Source: the human T2T-CHM13v2.0 reference genome, Homo sapiens. Taken from it: DNA of 64,000 nt. Location: assembly GCF_009914755.1 (NCBI RefSeq), contig NC_060936.1. One strand, written 5' to 3'. Position numbers and translations under genes: made by a program. Positions 1-14,376 of this stretch are shown piece after piece (the first letter of the stretch is position 1; the number at the start of each line of letters is the position of its first letter). Below the pieces are notes generated by a model. It was not told the origin of the DNA and made no database searches. It was given only the letters and a program-made list of their open reading frames with translations.

Positions 1-57
1 ACCATCCTGACCAACATGGTGAAACTCCATCTCTAGTAAAACAAGAAAAAAAAAAAT
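1..57 (+). mobile_element. Alu left-monomer fragment, cut by window start
   Basis: accatcctgaccaacatggtgaaactccatctctagtaaaa followed by an A tract. Confidence 0.85.
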
Positions 58-804
58 TCTGGTTATGCTAGAAGCTCAGGCTTCACTACACAATATATCC
101 ATGTAGCAAAACTGCACTTGTACCCCTTAAATATATGCAAATGTAGCGGGAAGTGTGAGAGTCCCCATGGCTTTGTATCTTCACCAACTTTGGTGCTGTC
201 AATCCTTCTCTATGGAAGCCATCCTGGTGTGGCACAGTGGTGCCTGCAGAGGCATGAACATAGCTAAGTTCACCCATGTCATAGATTCTGTCCTTGAAAA
301 GCCACATGGTGGTGATTTCAGAGATTCCGGCAGGTATCACTTCCATGAGAGTCCAAACCCAGACACCTCTAGGAGTTACGTCTAAGCAAAGCAGCCTGGC
401 TGAAGATCATCCATGGTGGTTAGGATTGGCACAAAGAGGAGAGTGTCTATCTGTCTAGGAAAGGGTCTATCACTCAGCTCCAGCTAGCTGTGGTCCATGA
501 GGAACATGGGCCACCACTATTGGGGCCACTATTATTTTTGAAGTGAAACCAAATCAATATTTTTATGTAAAACATCCCCACCTGACGATGCTGGTGACTA
601 AGGAAAGCCTGTCTGAAGCCCACTTGAGGTTCACCGGCTGCCCTTTAGCAAGCTCACGTCAGACCTTTGCTGACCTCTGATCGCTGGCCGGCTCCCTCAG
701 CAAGGGCTCCGGAGTGTTTCAGCTTCCCCCTTAGTGAGCAGCTGCTGCTCTGTTCTCTGGGGCTGATGAATTTATGATAATGCTTTGAAAAAAGAACCTT
801 AATC

Positions 805-1143
<339 letters not shown>

Positions 1144-1207
1144 CTAATCTAAGCACCATTGCATAGACTAACTCATTTAATCCTTGCAACAAGCCTGTAA
1201 AACACAG

Positions 1208-1307
1208 CTCTCTCTATATATATACACATAGATATACATACATATACACATATACATATATACACATATATATACACATATACATATATATACACATATA
1301 CATATAC

Positions 1308-1350
<43 letters not shown>
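1208..1350. repeat. (TA)n/(TACA)n compound microsatellite
   Basis: Read directly; abuts the poly-T end of the minus-strand Alu. Confidence 0.95.
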
Positions 1351-1351
<1 letters not shown>

Positions 1352-1649
1352 TTTTTTGAGCCAGGGTCTTGCTCTGTCACTCAGGCTGGAGTGCAGTGGT
1401 ACAATTTCAGCTCACTACAGCCTCAACCTCCTGGGCTCAGGTGATCCTCCTGTCTCAGGCCCTCCAAGTAGCTGGGACTACAGGTATGCACCACCATATC
1501 CGCTGATTTTTTGTTGTTGTTGTATTTTTTGTAGAGACGGGGTTTCACCAAGTTGCCCAGGCTGGGCTCGAACTCCTGAGCTCAAGCAATCTCTCCGCCT
1601 CGGCTTCCCAAAGTGCTGGCATTACAGGCGTGAGCCATCACGCCCAGTT
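1351..1649 (-). mobile_element. AluJ, full length, splitting a MIR (MIR pieces ~1130-1205 and ~1650-1715)
   Basis: Antisense Alu (gggtcttgctctgtc...ctcaagcaatc...caaagtgctggcattacaggcgtgagcc); MIR-like ctcatttaatcct and ccccattttat in the flanks. Confidence 0.92.
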
Positions 1650-2279
1650 GCAGCATTATTTTTATTCCCCATTTTATGGGTGGAAAAAAAAGGAGACAAA
1701 AGGCATTTAAGTAATAGTGTGGGTGGTATGTACAAAAATGAGAGAGAGAGAGAGAAACAGAGACAGATAGGCAGGCGGAGCTGGGGGACAGGTTCTTACC
1801 CATAAACATAAATATAATTTTGGGTTAACAGACATCATCCCCTGGTTATCCCTGGCCTCCTGAAATGCCCATGACCCCCAGAATAGGTCGACACTGTTAA
1901 TCTCTATGCTTAACACTGACTGGCTGAATTTATTCCAAAATAATCCAGCCTCAAGAATGAAGACCAAGCTCTCGCTGGATTTTACAAATCCCCCTCCGGT
2001 AATGGTTTCCAAAAGGTCTTTAGAATCCTTTATTCGCATCAAAAAATTTCACCGTCATACCCCAACTGCACGATAGTATCTAGACTTCCACTTACTTCCG
2101 CCATAGTCAACCCCTGGGCACTTACAGATTGGCCGACTTCTGCAATAATCTATTCCCCAACCAACTGGACCTTGGAGTATAGAAGTTGTTGCAGGTCCCT
2201 GCTGTCCAATATGGTGGCCACCAGCCATGTCTGGCTATTTAATTTTAAGTTTAATTTAAGTCAAATAAAATCCCAGTAT

Positions 2280-2715
2280 GTAGAGCTTAATTTCCTTCTC
2301 TCAACTGTGGGCTGGACTTGGTGACTTGCTTCCTAAAGTGAGATGAGAGGAACAGCAACTTTGCAGATACCACCTTCACCAGGTGACCGTGGTTGACAGC
2401 ACCAGCAGTAAGTCACAATGATACCGTGAAGCCCCTGATATGGCATGATGGGGAGGACACTTCTCCTCTGGGGTACTTTTTCCAAAAACCTAGAACCCCA
2501 TTCTAATCACAGGAAAACACAAGACAACCCCAAATTGGGAGATATTCTGTAACATATCTGGCCAGTACTGTTAAAAAGTACCAAGGTACAATAAACAAGG
2601 AGGGACTGAGAAACTCTCACAAATCTTAGTAAGAAAACTCTCATTAAGGAGGCATGAGGGCCAGATGCAGTGTGGTGTCTTGGATGGGGTTCCAGGGCAG
2701 AACAATGATGCCACC
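2280..2715 (+). mobile_element. Old L1M (L1MC/MD-like) 3' UTR fragment, preceded by a MER3/33-like fragment (~2200-2270)
   Basis: Motifs ggacttggtgacttgcttcc, caaattgggagatattct and gatgcagtgtggtgtcttggatggggttcc resemble L1MC/MD 3' ends as recalled. Confidence 0.6.
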
Positions 2716-5080
2716 AGGGCCACTTACACCCCAGCTCTTCCTAAACACAGCATCGACTGCAGCTGTGCACCTGCAAATGCTAGGGTTGGTTCCACAGAAT
2801 GCATTTCAAGCAGACACGAGGCCATAGTTTTGCTTATTGGCTTTACGCCAAAAGTTTTGCCTTCTGCCTCTGTAGCTGACGCTCATAAGACTGAAATTTA
2901 TTTTCATGAAACCCATTTTGCCACTGGCAGCGTAAGACAGGGAGGAGGTCTGGGAAAGAAGATAGCTCCATCACCCTACGGTACAAGGCAAACAGATGCA
3001 GGGCAGGACCTTGGAGGCCTCCCAGCACCCCCACATGTTTGCCATATTGCCATTAGCAAACGACTTAACCTCTTTGAAGTCTCACTTCCCTCTCCTGTAG
3101 AAGTGAGTATCCTGACCCATACCTCTGTGGGGTCATCGGGAAGGTTAAAATAACCAGCCTATGCGAAAGATCCGGGTGCATATTAGAAGGAAAACGAAAG
3201 TGAGTTTCTGTTCACCTCATGCAGAATTCTCAGTCCAGGTTGTACATATACGGTACATCTCAAATTGCAAAGGAAACTCTCGTCCTATCATAAATTCATC
3301 AGCCCCAGAGAACACAGCAATACATCCTGATTGCTTTTCATGGGAGGAAATGAGTTTGCCTATCTGCCTAGCATGGAGAAGTCATTAGAGAGGCTATGTC
3401 AGCGCTCAGGTCTAAGCTCAGATCATGTTTGAAATTGCCCCTTTGGCTGGACTCAGGGTGAAATGACTGCTAATTATAAGCACACTTGCTCTTGCTGTCT
3501 CCCTCCAGATGGAAGGATAGAATTGTCAACAAATTTGCTGTTTCCATTTTATTCACACAGGATCACTAGACTCCAAAAACTGACAAAAGCAAAATGCAGG
3601 TCAGTAGAACCCCTCAGTGTGGAAAAAACAAATAGGGCCTCATGCAGTCCTCAGTGTGGCAGGAAGGAGATGATCCAAGATGGCAGCTCGTGACTGCATT
3701 TGACCGTGGAGATGTTTTACGGGGCCCCAAGTTACTGAATAGTGTCATTAGGACATTTAAAAAATAGAAAATTTAATATAAAAATGAAAGAATATAAATA
3801 ATATTTTAAAGTGCATTCTTCTTTCTATATATTCTCCCAAAAGCTCTTCACAGTGGAAAAAAAAATCAGAAAATTTGGCGATCTTGGGTCTGCATTTCCA
3901 CAGTCACAATTAGCCGTAAACGTCCGTATGTTTGTCCTTGGTCCTCACTGCCCTTACTCATTTCTGGGATCCCTCAGAAACCTCAATTCAGTGAAGTGAG
4001 ATGATTTAAGAAAGATCACACAGAGAATCCCCGAATCCACTCAACACTCCTCCAGCACCCAGCCACCCGCCCACCTATGCATACAAATGGCCCTGCATTT
4101 ACATTAATTCACACCGTCAAGAAAAGCCTCCCTCCCCGTGCCACCCTGCATGCCAGAGTCTGCACACTTCAGCTCTTGAACCTCTGAGCTATAATAAGCA
4201 AGTATGTTTTCTGAAATGGCAAAATGGGTTTTATAGCATTTGCATCAATAGAGCGAGTCACGAGCATTACAGAGCTGCTGCCAGGCCTGGGCAGCAGAGA
4301 ACCAAATACAGCCTGCTTCCCAACCGACTTCACGTGCTCTCCCAGAGAGGCTTGAGAGTCATGGGCAGTGACAAACGTGGCTTCCTGCCCCCACTCCTCC
4401 CTCCCCGTATTGCCTGGGGATCGGGTGGTGGCCCATCTCCATGCATTTCTAGCACCAGGCAAGGTGGGAGGAAGCAGGGTGGTCGAGAGCTGGGCAGGGT
4501 GGGCCTGAGGGTGCTAAGGGTGGTAAAACTGCAGGGCATGTCCACGGCTCTGCAGAGCTCCTGGGGCTGTCGATGACCTTCAGTGGCTTTCTAGACCACG
4601 CTTCAGAAAATATGGCCTGCAGGCCACATCCAGCTTGCCCCTTTTAAATAAAGTTTTATTGGAACACACCCATATTCATTCATTTCCAAAAATCCCTATC
4701 ATCAGTGAGCTTTGGGGGAGAATATATACATACATATATATTTTTACAATTTGTGTATAATGTTTATATTACTTGTTTCCTTATTTCCCTACATACATGT
4801 ATTATATAACAGTGTCAGTGAATGCATACATAAAATATACTATGTTTATATAATATATATAACATGTAAAGAACAGTGTCAGTGAATGGGATGTAGGAAT
4901 ATGAAGGAGGAAACAAATGTAGAGATTTCTAGAAAATGTGATCAAAGAAGGTGATGTCTGAGCAAAGATGTGAAGGAAGTAAGAGTGTGAGTGCTGTGGG
5001 CACCTCGAGGGAGGAGCTCCAGGCAGAGGGAGCAGCACCCACAAACATGGTAACGTGGAGCAAGCTGGGGAGAGGGCATC

Positions 5081-5618
5081 ATGGCAAATGCAGTTGATGA
5101 GGTGGCCAGGTGTAGGATATGGCAAATGCAGTCGATGGGGTGGCCAGGTGTAGGATATGGCAAATGCAGTCGATGAGGTGGCCAGGTGTAGGATATGGCA
5201 AATGCAGTCGATGAGGTGGCCAGGTGTAGGATATGGCAAATGCAGTCGATGAGGTGGCCAGGTGTAGGCTATGGCAAATGCAGTCGATGAGGTGGCCAGG
5301 TGTAGGATATGGCAAATGCAGTCCATGAGGTGGCCAGGTGTAGGATATGGCAAATGCAGTCGATGAGGTGGCCAGGTGTAGGATATGGCAAATGCAGTCG
5401 ATGAGGTGGCCAGGTGTAGGATATGGCAAATGCAGTAAATGAGGTGGCGAGGTGTAGGCTATGGCAAATGCAGTAGATGAGGTGGCCAGGTGTAGGATAT
5501 GGCAAATGCAGTCGATGAGGTGGCCAGGTGTAGGATATGGCAAATGCAGTCGATGAGGTGGCCAGGTGTAGGATATGGCAAATGCAGTAGATGAGGTGGC
5601 CAGGTGTAGGCTATGGCA
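5081..5618. repeat. 38-bp minisatellite (VNTR), 14 full units plus 6 bp
   Basis: Unit ATGGCAAATGCAGTCGATGAGGTGGCCAGGTGTAGGAT; exact 38-bp period from 5081 to 5612. Confidence 0.98.
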
Positions 5619-5859
5619 GGAACTTGGGTTTTGTTCAAAAGTTGATGGAAACCAGTGCAGGGCTGAGAGCAAGAGAGTAGCTTTCATCCAATGTGTGCTT
5701 TGAAAGGATGGCCTTGGGAAGAGGATGGATAGGAAGATGGGTTGCCAGTGGATGAGAAGGGCACTGGGCAGACTCATGGGTAGGCTGGTGTGGTTGGCTG
5801 AGACAGACAAAGGCAGGTGAATTAAGGAATCGCACACAAGAAAGGAGGTGAGCAGGGAC

Positions 5860-6350
5860 CAGTTTTGAAATCACCCCAGTTGTCCTGTAGAACTGACGTT
5901 TATGGATTCTTTGAAAAAACTTAGAAAATGATCCTCCCAGTCTTGAAACTTGAGAAAGTTGCATTTGTCTTATCTGAGTTTCTTTCTCAGGAAACCGACC
6001 ATCAGACCTCCCAGACAGCATCATGGAACTGAAACTCACCAGGTCACCGCATCTGGACAGTGACTCACCAGAACCTTCGCCCGTCATGACTGCCTAAGGG
6101 ACCAACTGCTTCCTGCTGACCAACTCCCTCCCTAATTCCTGTTTTCCCCACACATGGCTAAATTTCTTCCTGTTATGTAAACCCCTAGTATTAGTTGGTC
6201 AGGGAGATGGACTTGAGACTGATCTCCCATCTTCTTGGCTGCAGCACCCGATTAAACACTTCTTCCCTGGCAATACTGACGGTCTCAGTGAGTGGCTTTC
6301 TGCGTGGTGAGCAGTAGGACCTAGACCAAGCCCCTGGCATTTCAGTAACA
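5860..6350 (+). mobile_element. ERV1 LTR, MER39/MER34-like
   Basis: 3' end gagactgatctcccatcttcttggctgcagcacccgattaaa...ggacctagaccaagcccctggcatttcagtaaca matches the recalled MER39 group; 5' boundary uncertain. Confidence 0.7.
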
Positions 6351-9300
6351 GTTTCTGGGTATTTCAAGGGGATTTGATGATGGGTTTCATGTGGGGGTGA
6401 GAGCAAGGAAGGAGTTCCAAGTTTTTGTTCTGAGAAGTGCAGTGGTGTTGACAATCCACAGAGATGGAACCAGAGAGGCTTGGAGGGCTACCAAGAGCTG
6501 AGATGAACACTCTTGGCTTGCTAACATCGGCTATCACAGGATGGAAGAGGAGGAGTGATAGCCCTGCTCCATCCAGAGCAAGAGGCCACTGCAGGGCCAC
6601 AGAGTTCACACTCATCATTAAAATCAAAAGAAAATGAGCAGAGCACACTGCACTCCTGGGCAATCTCTGTCTATGGAGCAGGCATCCTCCTGTCTCTCAT
6701 CTTCTTCCCTCACTTCCCCTGCCCTGAAACTCTGAGATTAGAGATCTTTCTTCAGGTTAGCTACACTCTACATGGACGCTTGCTTTCTGTGATCACAGAG
6801 GGATCCCTCTAGGATTCTTTCCTTATAGTAATTCTTAGTGGTGTCTACAGGTCACTGCTTTCTCTCCAGTCTGACGCTGAGGCCTTTTGGAATGTTTCTT
6901 CCTCTTACACCAAAATAAATGAAGGCAACTTGTGGATGATATTGAGTGAAGATCACGGAATGATTCATTATTTAACTGCAAATGCTGAAAACACAGCTGT
7001 ACTCACTGGGCCTAAGAAAGTGACTTCCTTCCTCTCATTGAATATAGATGTTTACTCATCAGCTTATTTTAAAATGTGATCTCAATGCCATGCCAATGAA
7101 AGCCTTTTAGTCTATGATTTCTTTGCCAAGGGAAATTGGAAATGTTTTCTTTGAAATGTTCTAATGCAGGCATCATCTGGCCATGGAGTTGAGACTGTTA
7201 TCAGGAGCAACAGCTGAACAGCACCAGAAGCAACATTTACGTCACAGCTTCCAGGTGCCGAGCCATGCTGCAGACACTGTATTTGTATTGTTGTGTTCAT
7301 TCCACTCATCTAATATATGTTTGTTGAACACTTTCTAGGTGTACTAGCTCATGGGATGCCTTTATGTAAACTAAGCAGAGGTTCTCTTCTGAGCAAGCTA
7401 ATGCCCCCTTGGCAGACCTAGCCATTGGGCTGAGTGTTGGCAAGGTGACTTTTGGCACAACCATACTCAGGGGCTCTAAGTGGAGGCATCGCCTCAGAAC
7501 TGGGGGTACAGCAAAAACCACAGAAGGCAAAACCCCTATCATAGAACTCACATCCTTATTGGGAAAATGTGGATGGAAATGTGGTATGTCAGGTAAAAAT
7601 ATGTTCTATGAAGAAGACAAGATGAAGTAAGCACAGAGAGAGAGGGGAAAGGATGCTGGCTAGGAAATTTTAGAGCAGAGGCCTTAATGATGTGAAAGAA
7701 TGGCAGAGGGGCTGGGGCATGCAAAGGCCCCAAGGAAAGCAAGTGCTTGGGGTTTTGGAGAAGCAGCAGGAAGTGACTGCAGTCTTGTAGGGAAGATAGA
7801 TGGGTGAGAGGACCCCTACATATGCACATTTTCCATAGGACATCAAATCTAGTCTACAATACTCTTGTTAAGTTCAAACCAGCACTATCAGTTCTCTCCT
7901 TCCCCTAGAATCTGAGATGAGTTTTTATCACAGATTATCTGTTGCATCCTCTGCCTTTGAAAACACACATAATCCTGCTGCAGAAAAAAGAAACAGCCAA
8001 TCAAATTTGAGAAGAGGGTGGGAGATGAGGGAGAGTTCCTGAACTTCACAGTTTTGAAGAACTATTAAAGGAATAATCTTGTACTTATCGAAAATGATTT
8101 GCTCTGCATGACAATACTATTCTAATATCCATAGTCAAGGAAGGAGAACACAGAGGCCAGCAGCCCAACAAGACACATACAGTCATCAGTGTCCTTGTGA
8201 CTCTAGATGCAATCTGCCTTAACCAAGACAATTCAACCTCCGGGAAAATGAATTCCATTCAGTGGGACCCCAAGTTTTCCATGGCAAATGGGAAAAACAT
8301 TCTTTCTGTTGTAAATAGGAACACAACTTGTTTATGAGGATGCTTTAAAAAATAGAAAGTCATGGTCTACATTTCCATTGTTCCTCATTCATCCATTAAC
8401 ACAACATTTCTGTGGATCTTGTGAGTTGGTTGCTGGACAAATCTGTGGGGTTGGAGGGTTGCTGACTAGTGGGTACATAATTTCTCCAAATGAGGCTGAT
8501 TCCATTTGCCCTTCCCGTCTCTCAGGGTTGGATGATGAACTGAGAAGGTATGTGCTTGTAGTTCCCACATTTATCTTTCAATATTCTGCCCTAATGAGGC
8601 TGTCAGGCTAAACGCCTTTCCAGAAAGATGACTCTAACTTTCTTCTCCATGGACAGTGTACTTGAATGGCATTTCCTCACACCCTTGTCAACATCAGCAT
8701 TAGCATTCTTTAAACTATTGATTTTATAGGCAAAATCCCCATTATCTTACTATTTGAATTGGTTTGTAGCCCTTGACATTTTTCATACACTGATTAGCCA
8801 TGTGCCCCCAAATATGGCCACTTCTTTGGTAATCATTATCTCATGTTCTGGGAAAAACACATTCTAAAAAGTTTAAATTACTTGTTTGAAAAAGGAAATG
8901 GGAGTTGTCATTCTAGTTCAGAAAAGATTCTAGCCCATACCAACCGTATTGCTGCAGAAAAACTCAGGCCAGCAGAAAACAGAAAGGGTAGGTAGACCAG
9001 CAGGCTGAAGAGGCAGTGAGCTTGGGGACTCAAAGCTCTTCTCCAAAGATGAGCCCTATAGATTGGGAAATATGAAGATGCCTCACGAGGAATTGGCCGT
9101 AGAGAGTGATGAGGGCCACCTCTTTTTGCTAAAAGGAAGATTTCTTCCATTCCCCCAGTTCTACAGGAACCCAACGAGACAGCACAATGACACCACATGA
9201 ATTTGGCCACATCATGAAAATTAAGTTGGGTGCACCAGGTGGAAAAAAAAAAAAAAGTTCTTTCACCTATAAGAGTTTCAGGCACTGCTGCATCTTGCCA

Positions 9301-10081
9301 GTCAGCTAAATGTTTTCCTTACTGCCAATTTAACAGCAATTTAAGTCATTTTATGCCTCTTGAGCTTTGGAAACCTGTCCTGCTAGGCACTCAGGATGTT
9401 GATTTAATAGAATGTTTCTCTTGAAGGTATTTGGTAGGATTGTCACCGTTTTAACCTGTTTTTGTTTTCCTATGCAAACCACCTTATGATCACTCATCTT
9501 GGTTTCTGGGAGACATTTTAATTAGATCCCTTGGAGAATCTTACATAGCCTGGAACCTACCATTCTTGTCTCAAACATCTAAGGGCAGTTTGGCCTTTCC
9601 CCTGTCTCTCCATTTATCCAAATCCTATCTGTAAGGCTTTTTGATGTCCTTCCTCTTCTGTCCTGACCCCTTTCACTTCCTGGCCACACACTCCACCCTC
9701 TCAATGTCCTGGAAGGGGAAGAGATGCCTCTGCAATATCGCTCTCCTCCCCAGTAGGTGCTTTTGTTAATCTGTTTTGTCTAGAGCTGTGTTTAAGCCAT
9801 GCTGCATGGGAAGCACTCTCTGCTGCTTCCTGGGACAGGATTGGTCAGCTGGTCCAGGGTCCCCCTTTAAGCCTGATCCTACTCATTGATGCTGAGATAC
9901 AGTAAGCAGGACAACCAGCAAGACTGCCGTAGAGAAGACACCACTCGCCTCCCTCTCTCCCTCTCCCTGCTTCTCACTCCTTTTAGCATCTTAGCACGCT
10001 GGTCATGTTTTACAGGCCTATACCATAGCAGGCAGCAGAGTGTTATAATCTAAGATTTAGATCCAGATGTAACTGGAGGCC

Positions 10082-10342
10082 TTTTTTTTTTTTTTTTTTT
10101 TTTGAGATGGAGTCTCACTCCATTGCTCAGGCTGGAGTGCAGTGGCGTGATTTCAGCTCACTGCAACCTTTGTCTCCCAGGTTGAAGTGATTCTCCTGCC
10201 TCAGCCTCCCGAGTAACTGGGATTACAGGCATGTACCACCACACCCCGCTATTTTTTTAGTAGAGATGGGGTTTCACCATGTTACCCAAGCTAGTCTCCA
10301 ATTCCTGAGCTCAGGTGATCTGCCTGCCTCCACCTCCCAAAG
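10082..10342 (-). mobile_element. AluS, 5'-truncated, with 14-bp TSD
   Basis: TSD aactggaggccttt at 10071-10084 and 10343-10356; element stops at ctcccaaag. Confidence 0.95.
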
Positions 10343-10749
10343 AACTGGAGGCCTTTATACTTCAGGTTGCATGCTAAGACAGATGGAGAGAGTGCGGGTG
10401 AGAGTGGAAACTGTAGCACAGTGCATCAGCTTCTAGCTCTTGAATATGCATCTGCCTTGGGAACATATTCTGAAGGAAGTGTCTGTGGCAGGACAGGATT
10501 CAAGCATTTGTTTTTTTAGGCATCCATTGAACAAAATACCAAAATCTCACATTCACTTATAAAACAGTTTACTGGTAAATCTATCTGGGGACTAAATTGT
10601 ACCTATATATCATTGTTTTTCAAGTGTTTCATTTGGAAAATTTTTTAAAAACAAGACTGTAAGGTCCTCAAGGGCAGAACTTTCTCGTCAGGACTCCCTG
10701 GTACTTGGTACATCTCGAGCACAGGAGATGTTAGAATCAGACGCGTAAT

Positions 10750-11120
10750 TGCTGTCCCAGGCAGCGGCCGCTGGTGACCTGCAGCTACCGAACACATGAA
10801 ATGTGGCTGTCTCAACCAACGTGTGCCCTACGTGTAAAGCAGACACCAGATTTTCAAGATTCAATGCCAAAAAAATGTAAAATAAGGTATTATGATAAAT
10901 TATAACATATTATAAAATATTGATTTAAATTAATTTATATTGATTTCCTTTTGAAGTAATATTTAAGGTTTATTAGGTTAAATGAACATACATTATTCAA
11001 GTTCATTTCACTTGTTTTCTTTTTACTTTCTTGTAACGTGGCTGCTCAAAAATGTAAAATTGCATTCGTGCCTCACACTCAAGGCTGACATTGTATTTCT
11101 ATCAGGTGCGTCCCTCTAGA
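10750..11120. mobile_element. hAT-Charlie relic (MER3/MER33-like)
   Basis: gctgtcc...gaaatgtggct...tgtaaagcagacaccagattttcaagatt...ttcacttgttttctttttacttt...gtggct. Confidence 0.65.
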
Positions 11121-11459
11121 CCCCAGCCGGGGTAACATGACCGAGGAACGAGCCCAGTTCAGAGCCGCCGTCGAGTGTCACATCTGGGGAGGAGAGGGGA
11201 GCGCCGTGCTAAGGGGCTTACGCAGAATCTTCTTCAAAGCTGTCAAATCTCCATCTCCGCCAGCCATCACTGCTGCCTCAACACCAGAAGCACGTGAGAA
11301 CGTGTGGGTCCCATTTTTCATACAAATGTTTAAAATATATTCTGTGCCAATACCGTTCTTATCTAGTTTATGGGATTGTGGAAAAACAAAGCCACAGGAT
11401 TTAGGGCTCATCAAAAAGGACTTAGTTTCATTCTCAGCGCAGTAGGGAAAAAATCTTAA

Positions 11460-11786
<327 letters not shown>

Positions 11787-11789
11787 TAA

Positions 11790-12084
<295 letters not shown>

Positions 12085-13612
12085 TACTGCTTATTTCTGC
12101 CAACGTTCTTCAAAGATTAGAAAATATGATATTGTTATTTTCCAGAGACAACCTTCTTTTCATGCAAAACGAAATCTCCCATGTCTAGAAGAAGGCCGGT
12201 AAACTGGCAGCCCACCAGGCTGCGCGTGGATGTGTTAGTCAACGCAGTGATTTTCAAGAACTGACTCATTTGTTTTTTAATTTGTTATCTGCCAATATTT
12301 CAAAATCAAAACAATTTACATGGAAAGTCTGGATTTCTGACTTCTGTTAAGTTGGAAGCGCTGGCAACCCTGGCCTATTTCCCTGTAGTTTCACTTGATG
12401 GAATGAGAGGCTGGCCCTGTGAGATGACTCCTCCACTGACCCACCACAACCCCCACCCACTCCCTATCATCTCCCCAGTGCTGGGGAGGAGGAGGGACAG
12501 TTGTTATCATTGCTGTTGTAGTTCTCATATCCTGGAAATATTTCCCTGTCCCCCTACTTCCACTGAGACTGTGAAAATAAAATGCAGACTGGGTAATCTG
12601 TTTCTTATGTCTGTGTCTTCTCTATTCTTTAAACAAAAATGCTTCTGTATGTTTTCACCTAATACAGCAAAGCTCAAGACAGTTAGGGCTCTTTTAATAT
12701 TGAAGACAACTAAAAAAAAATCTTTAAGTGTGCATACGCTCACACAGAAAGAGTTCTCCAAGCCTTGAGTTTCTTTAGCATTACTTAGTGTAGTTGGTTT
12801 CCTGTCCCAAATAATGGGGGGAAATATCTTTTGGGCACAGTTGTGCGGATTGTTTAGAAACATACATCTCTGATTAATATAAACATTACCTGCAACACAG
12901 AGCCCGAAGGCAGCCTGTTTTCTCACTATCGTATTTTATAATCTGTTAGACTTATTGCCATGTTAATCAAAGGTCTACTTTTCATGCTAACACTAGCTAC
13001 AGAAATTGTCTCCCAGCAGTTTCCATTTTGAGGCCTTGAGACATCATAAAACCCCAAAGCAGCAATGCTGGCCTGGCAACAGGGTACAGAGATTACATCG
13101 ATCCCTGCTGCAAAAGGAAATGAAATGCCTGAGCTACTCTGTCACGTCAGCCCCGAAATGGGGAAGATCAGGACACGGCTGCATCATTAGCGATTCCCAA
13201 CTGGTTCTTCAGTAACTCTCCTGATGCCAGGGAGATCTCAGAGCAAAGCACGATCACAGAAAACTGCCTACGCTCGTTCCCACTCTCCAGTATTCTTCTG
13301 TTTTTCATCTCAGTGAAGACGGATTAGAGAAACTTATTATATTTAAGAAATACTCATTTAAGCTTCTAAGCAGGAGGTTTCTACCAAGAAAGGCCTAATC
13401 TCTCTCTTTCATCTCTTTCTGCCTACTGAATGTCTTGTAATTCTGCTGTTGATGATGCACAGACCTCCATGTATGGGGCTAAGGATGATCGTATGTCAAG
13501 TAGTAGACACTTTCAGCAGAAAAGCCTGCCCTGGTCACCCTCTGGTGACTGACCATGATCCAAAGACCATCAAAGACCAAAATGTACTCTCATTCAAAGC
13601 ATGAACAGGAGT

Positions 13613-13654
13613 GACGGAAGACAAGAAGCCCACGACGGAAGACAAGAAGCCCAC
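13613..13654. repeat. Exact 21-bp tandem duplication
   Basis: gacggaagacaagaagcccac x2. Confidence 0.95.
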
Positions 13655-13992
13655 GGCTTGTTCCACTCGGGCCATGAAGTTAAGAATGTGAACAAGGGTG
13701 ACAGGCATGATTCTGAGGCCCAAAATACACAGAGACAAAGCAAACTGAGGCACAGAGTTCTGAAGCCCCGTATCTCTCTAATTTCTCATCTTCCCCTTTG
13801 CCACCATTTCTGGAATGGTCTCCAAGTTCAGTCTCTGTAGGTAAAAGGCAATGGGTAATTTAAGAGTTTCATGTTTTATTTCCATGCCTTCCACTGCATT
13901 TTCACAGCTAAAGCTAAGATTGTGATCTCCCCAGCTTATCAGGCTACAAAATGTTTTCACGTGATCTATCATGCCCACAAAACTGCCCTTAA

Positions 13993-14376
<384 letters not shown>

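Larger units (their letters stand above)
4900..6550 (-). mobile_element. L2 LINE relic, interrupted by the 38-bp VNTR and an LTR
   Basis: Typical antisense L2 motifs: gaaggtgatgtctgagcaaagatgtgaagga, ccaggcagagggagcagca, tgtaggctatggcaggaacttgggttttgttc, ggatttgatgatgggtttcatgtggggg. Confidence 0.7.

Noticed and set aside
1707-2100. 111-aa minus-strand ORF and nearby GTAAGT donors; possible exon, pseudogene or NUMT
   Set aside because: No recognisable protein or mitochondrial similarity and no convincing acceptor; left unassigned (a BLAST/Dfam search would settle it).
5081-5618. CRISPR-like array (38-bp repeats)
   Set aside because: Units are head-to-tail with no unique spacers, there are no cas genes, and the DNA is primate.
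4802-5837. Long minus-strand ORFs (183 and 252 aa) with repeated HLATSSTAFAISYTWPP
   Set aside because: Product of a stop-poor VNTR read through its three frames; no splice or homology support.
7890-8000. Strong minus-strand acceptor (tgtttcttttttctgcag)
   Set aside because: All frames reach stops and I found no suitable donor nearby.
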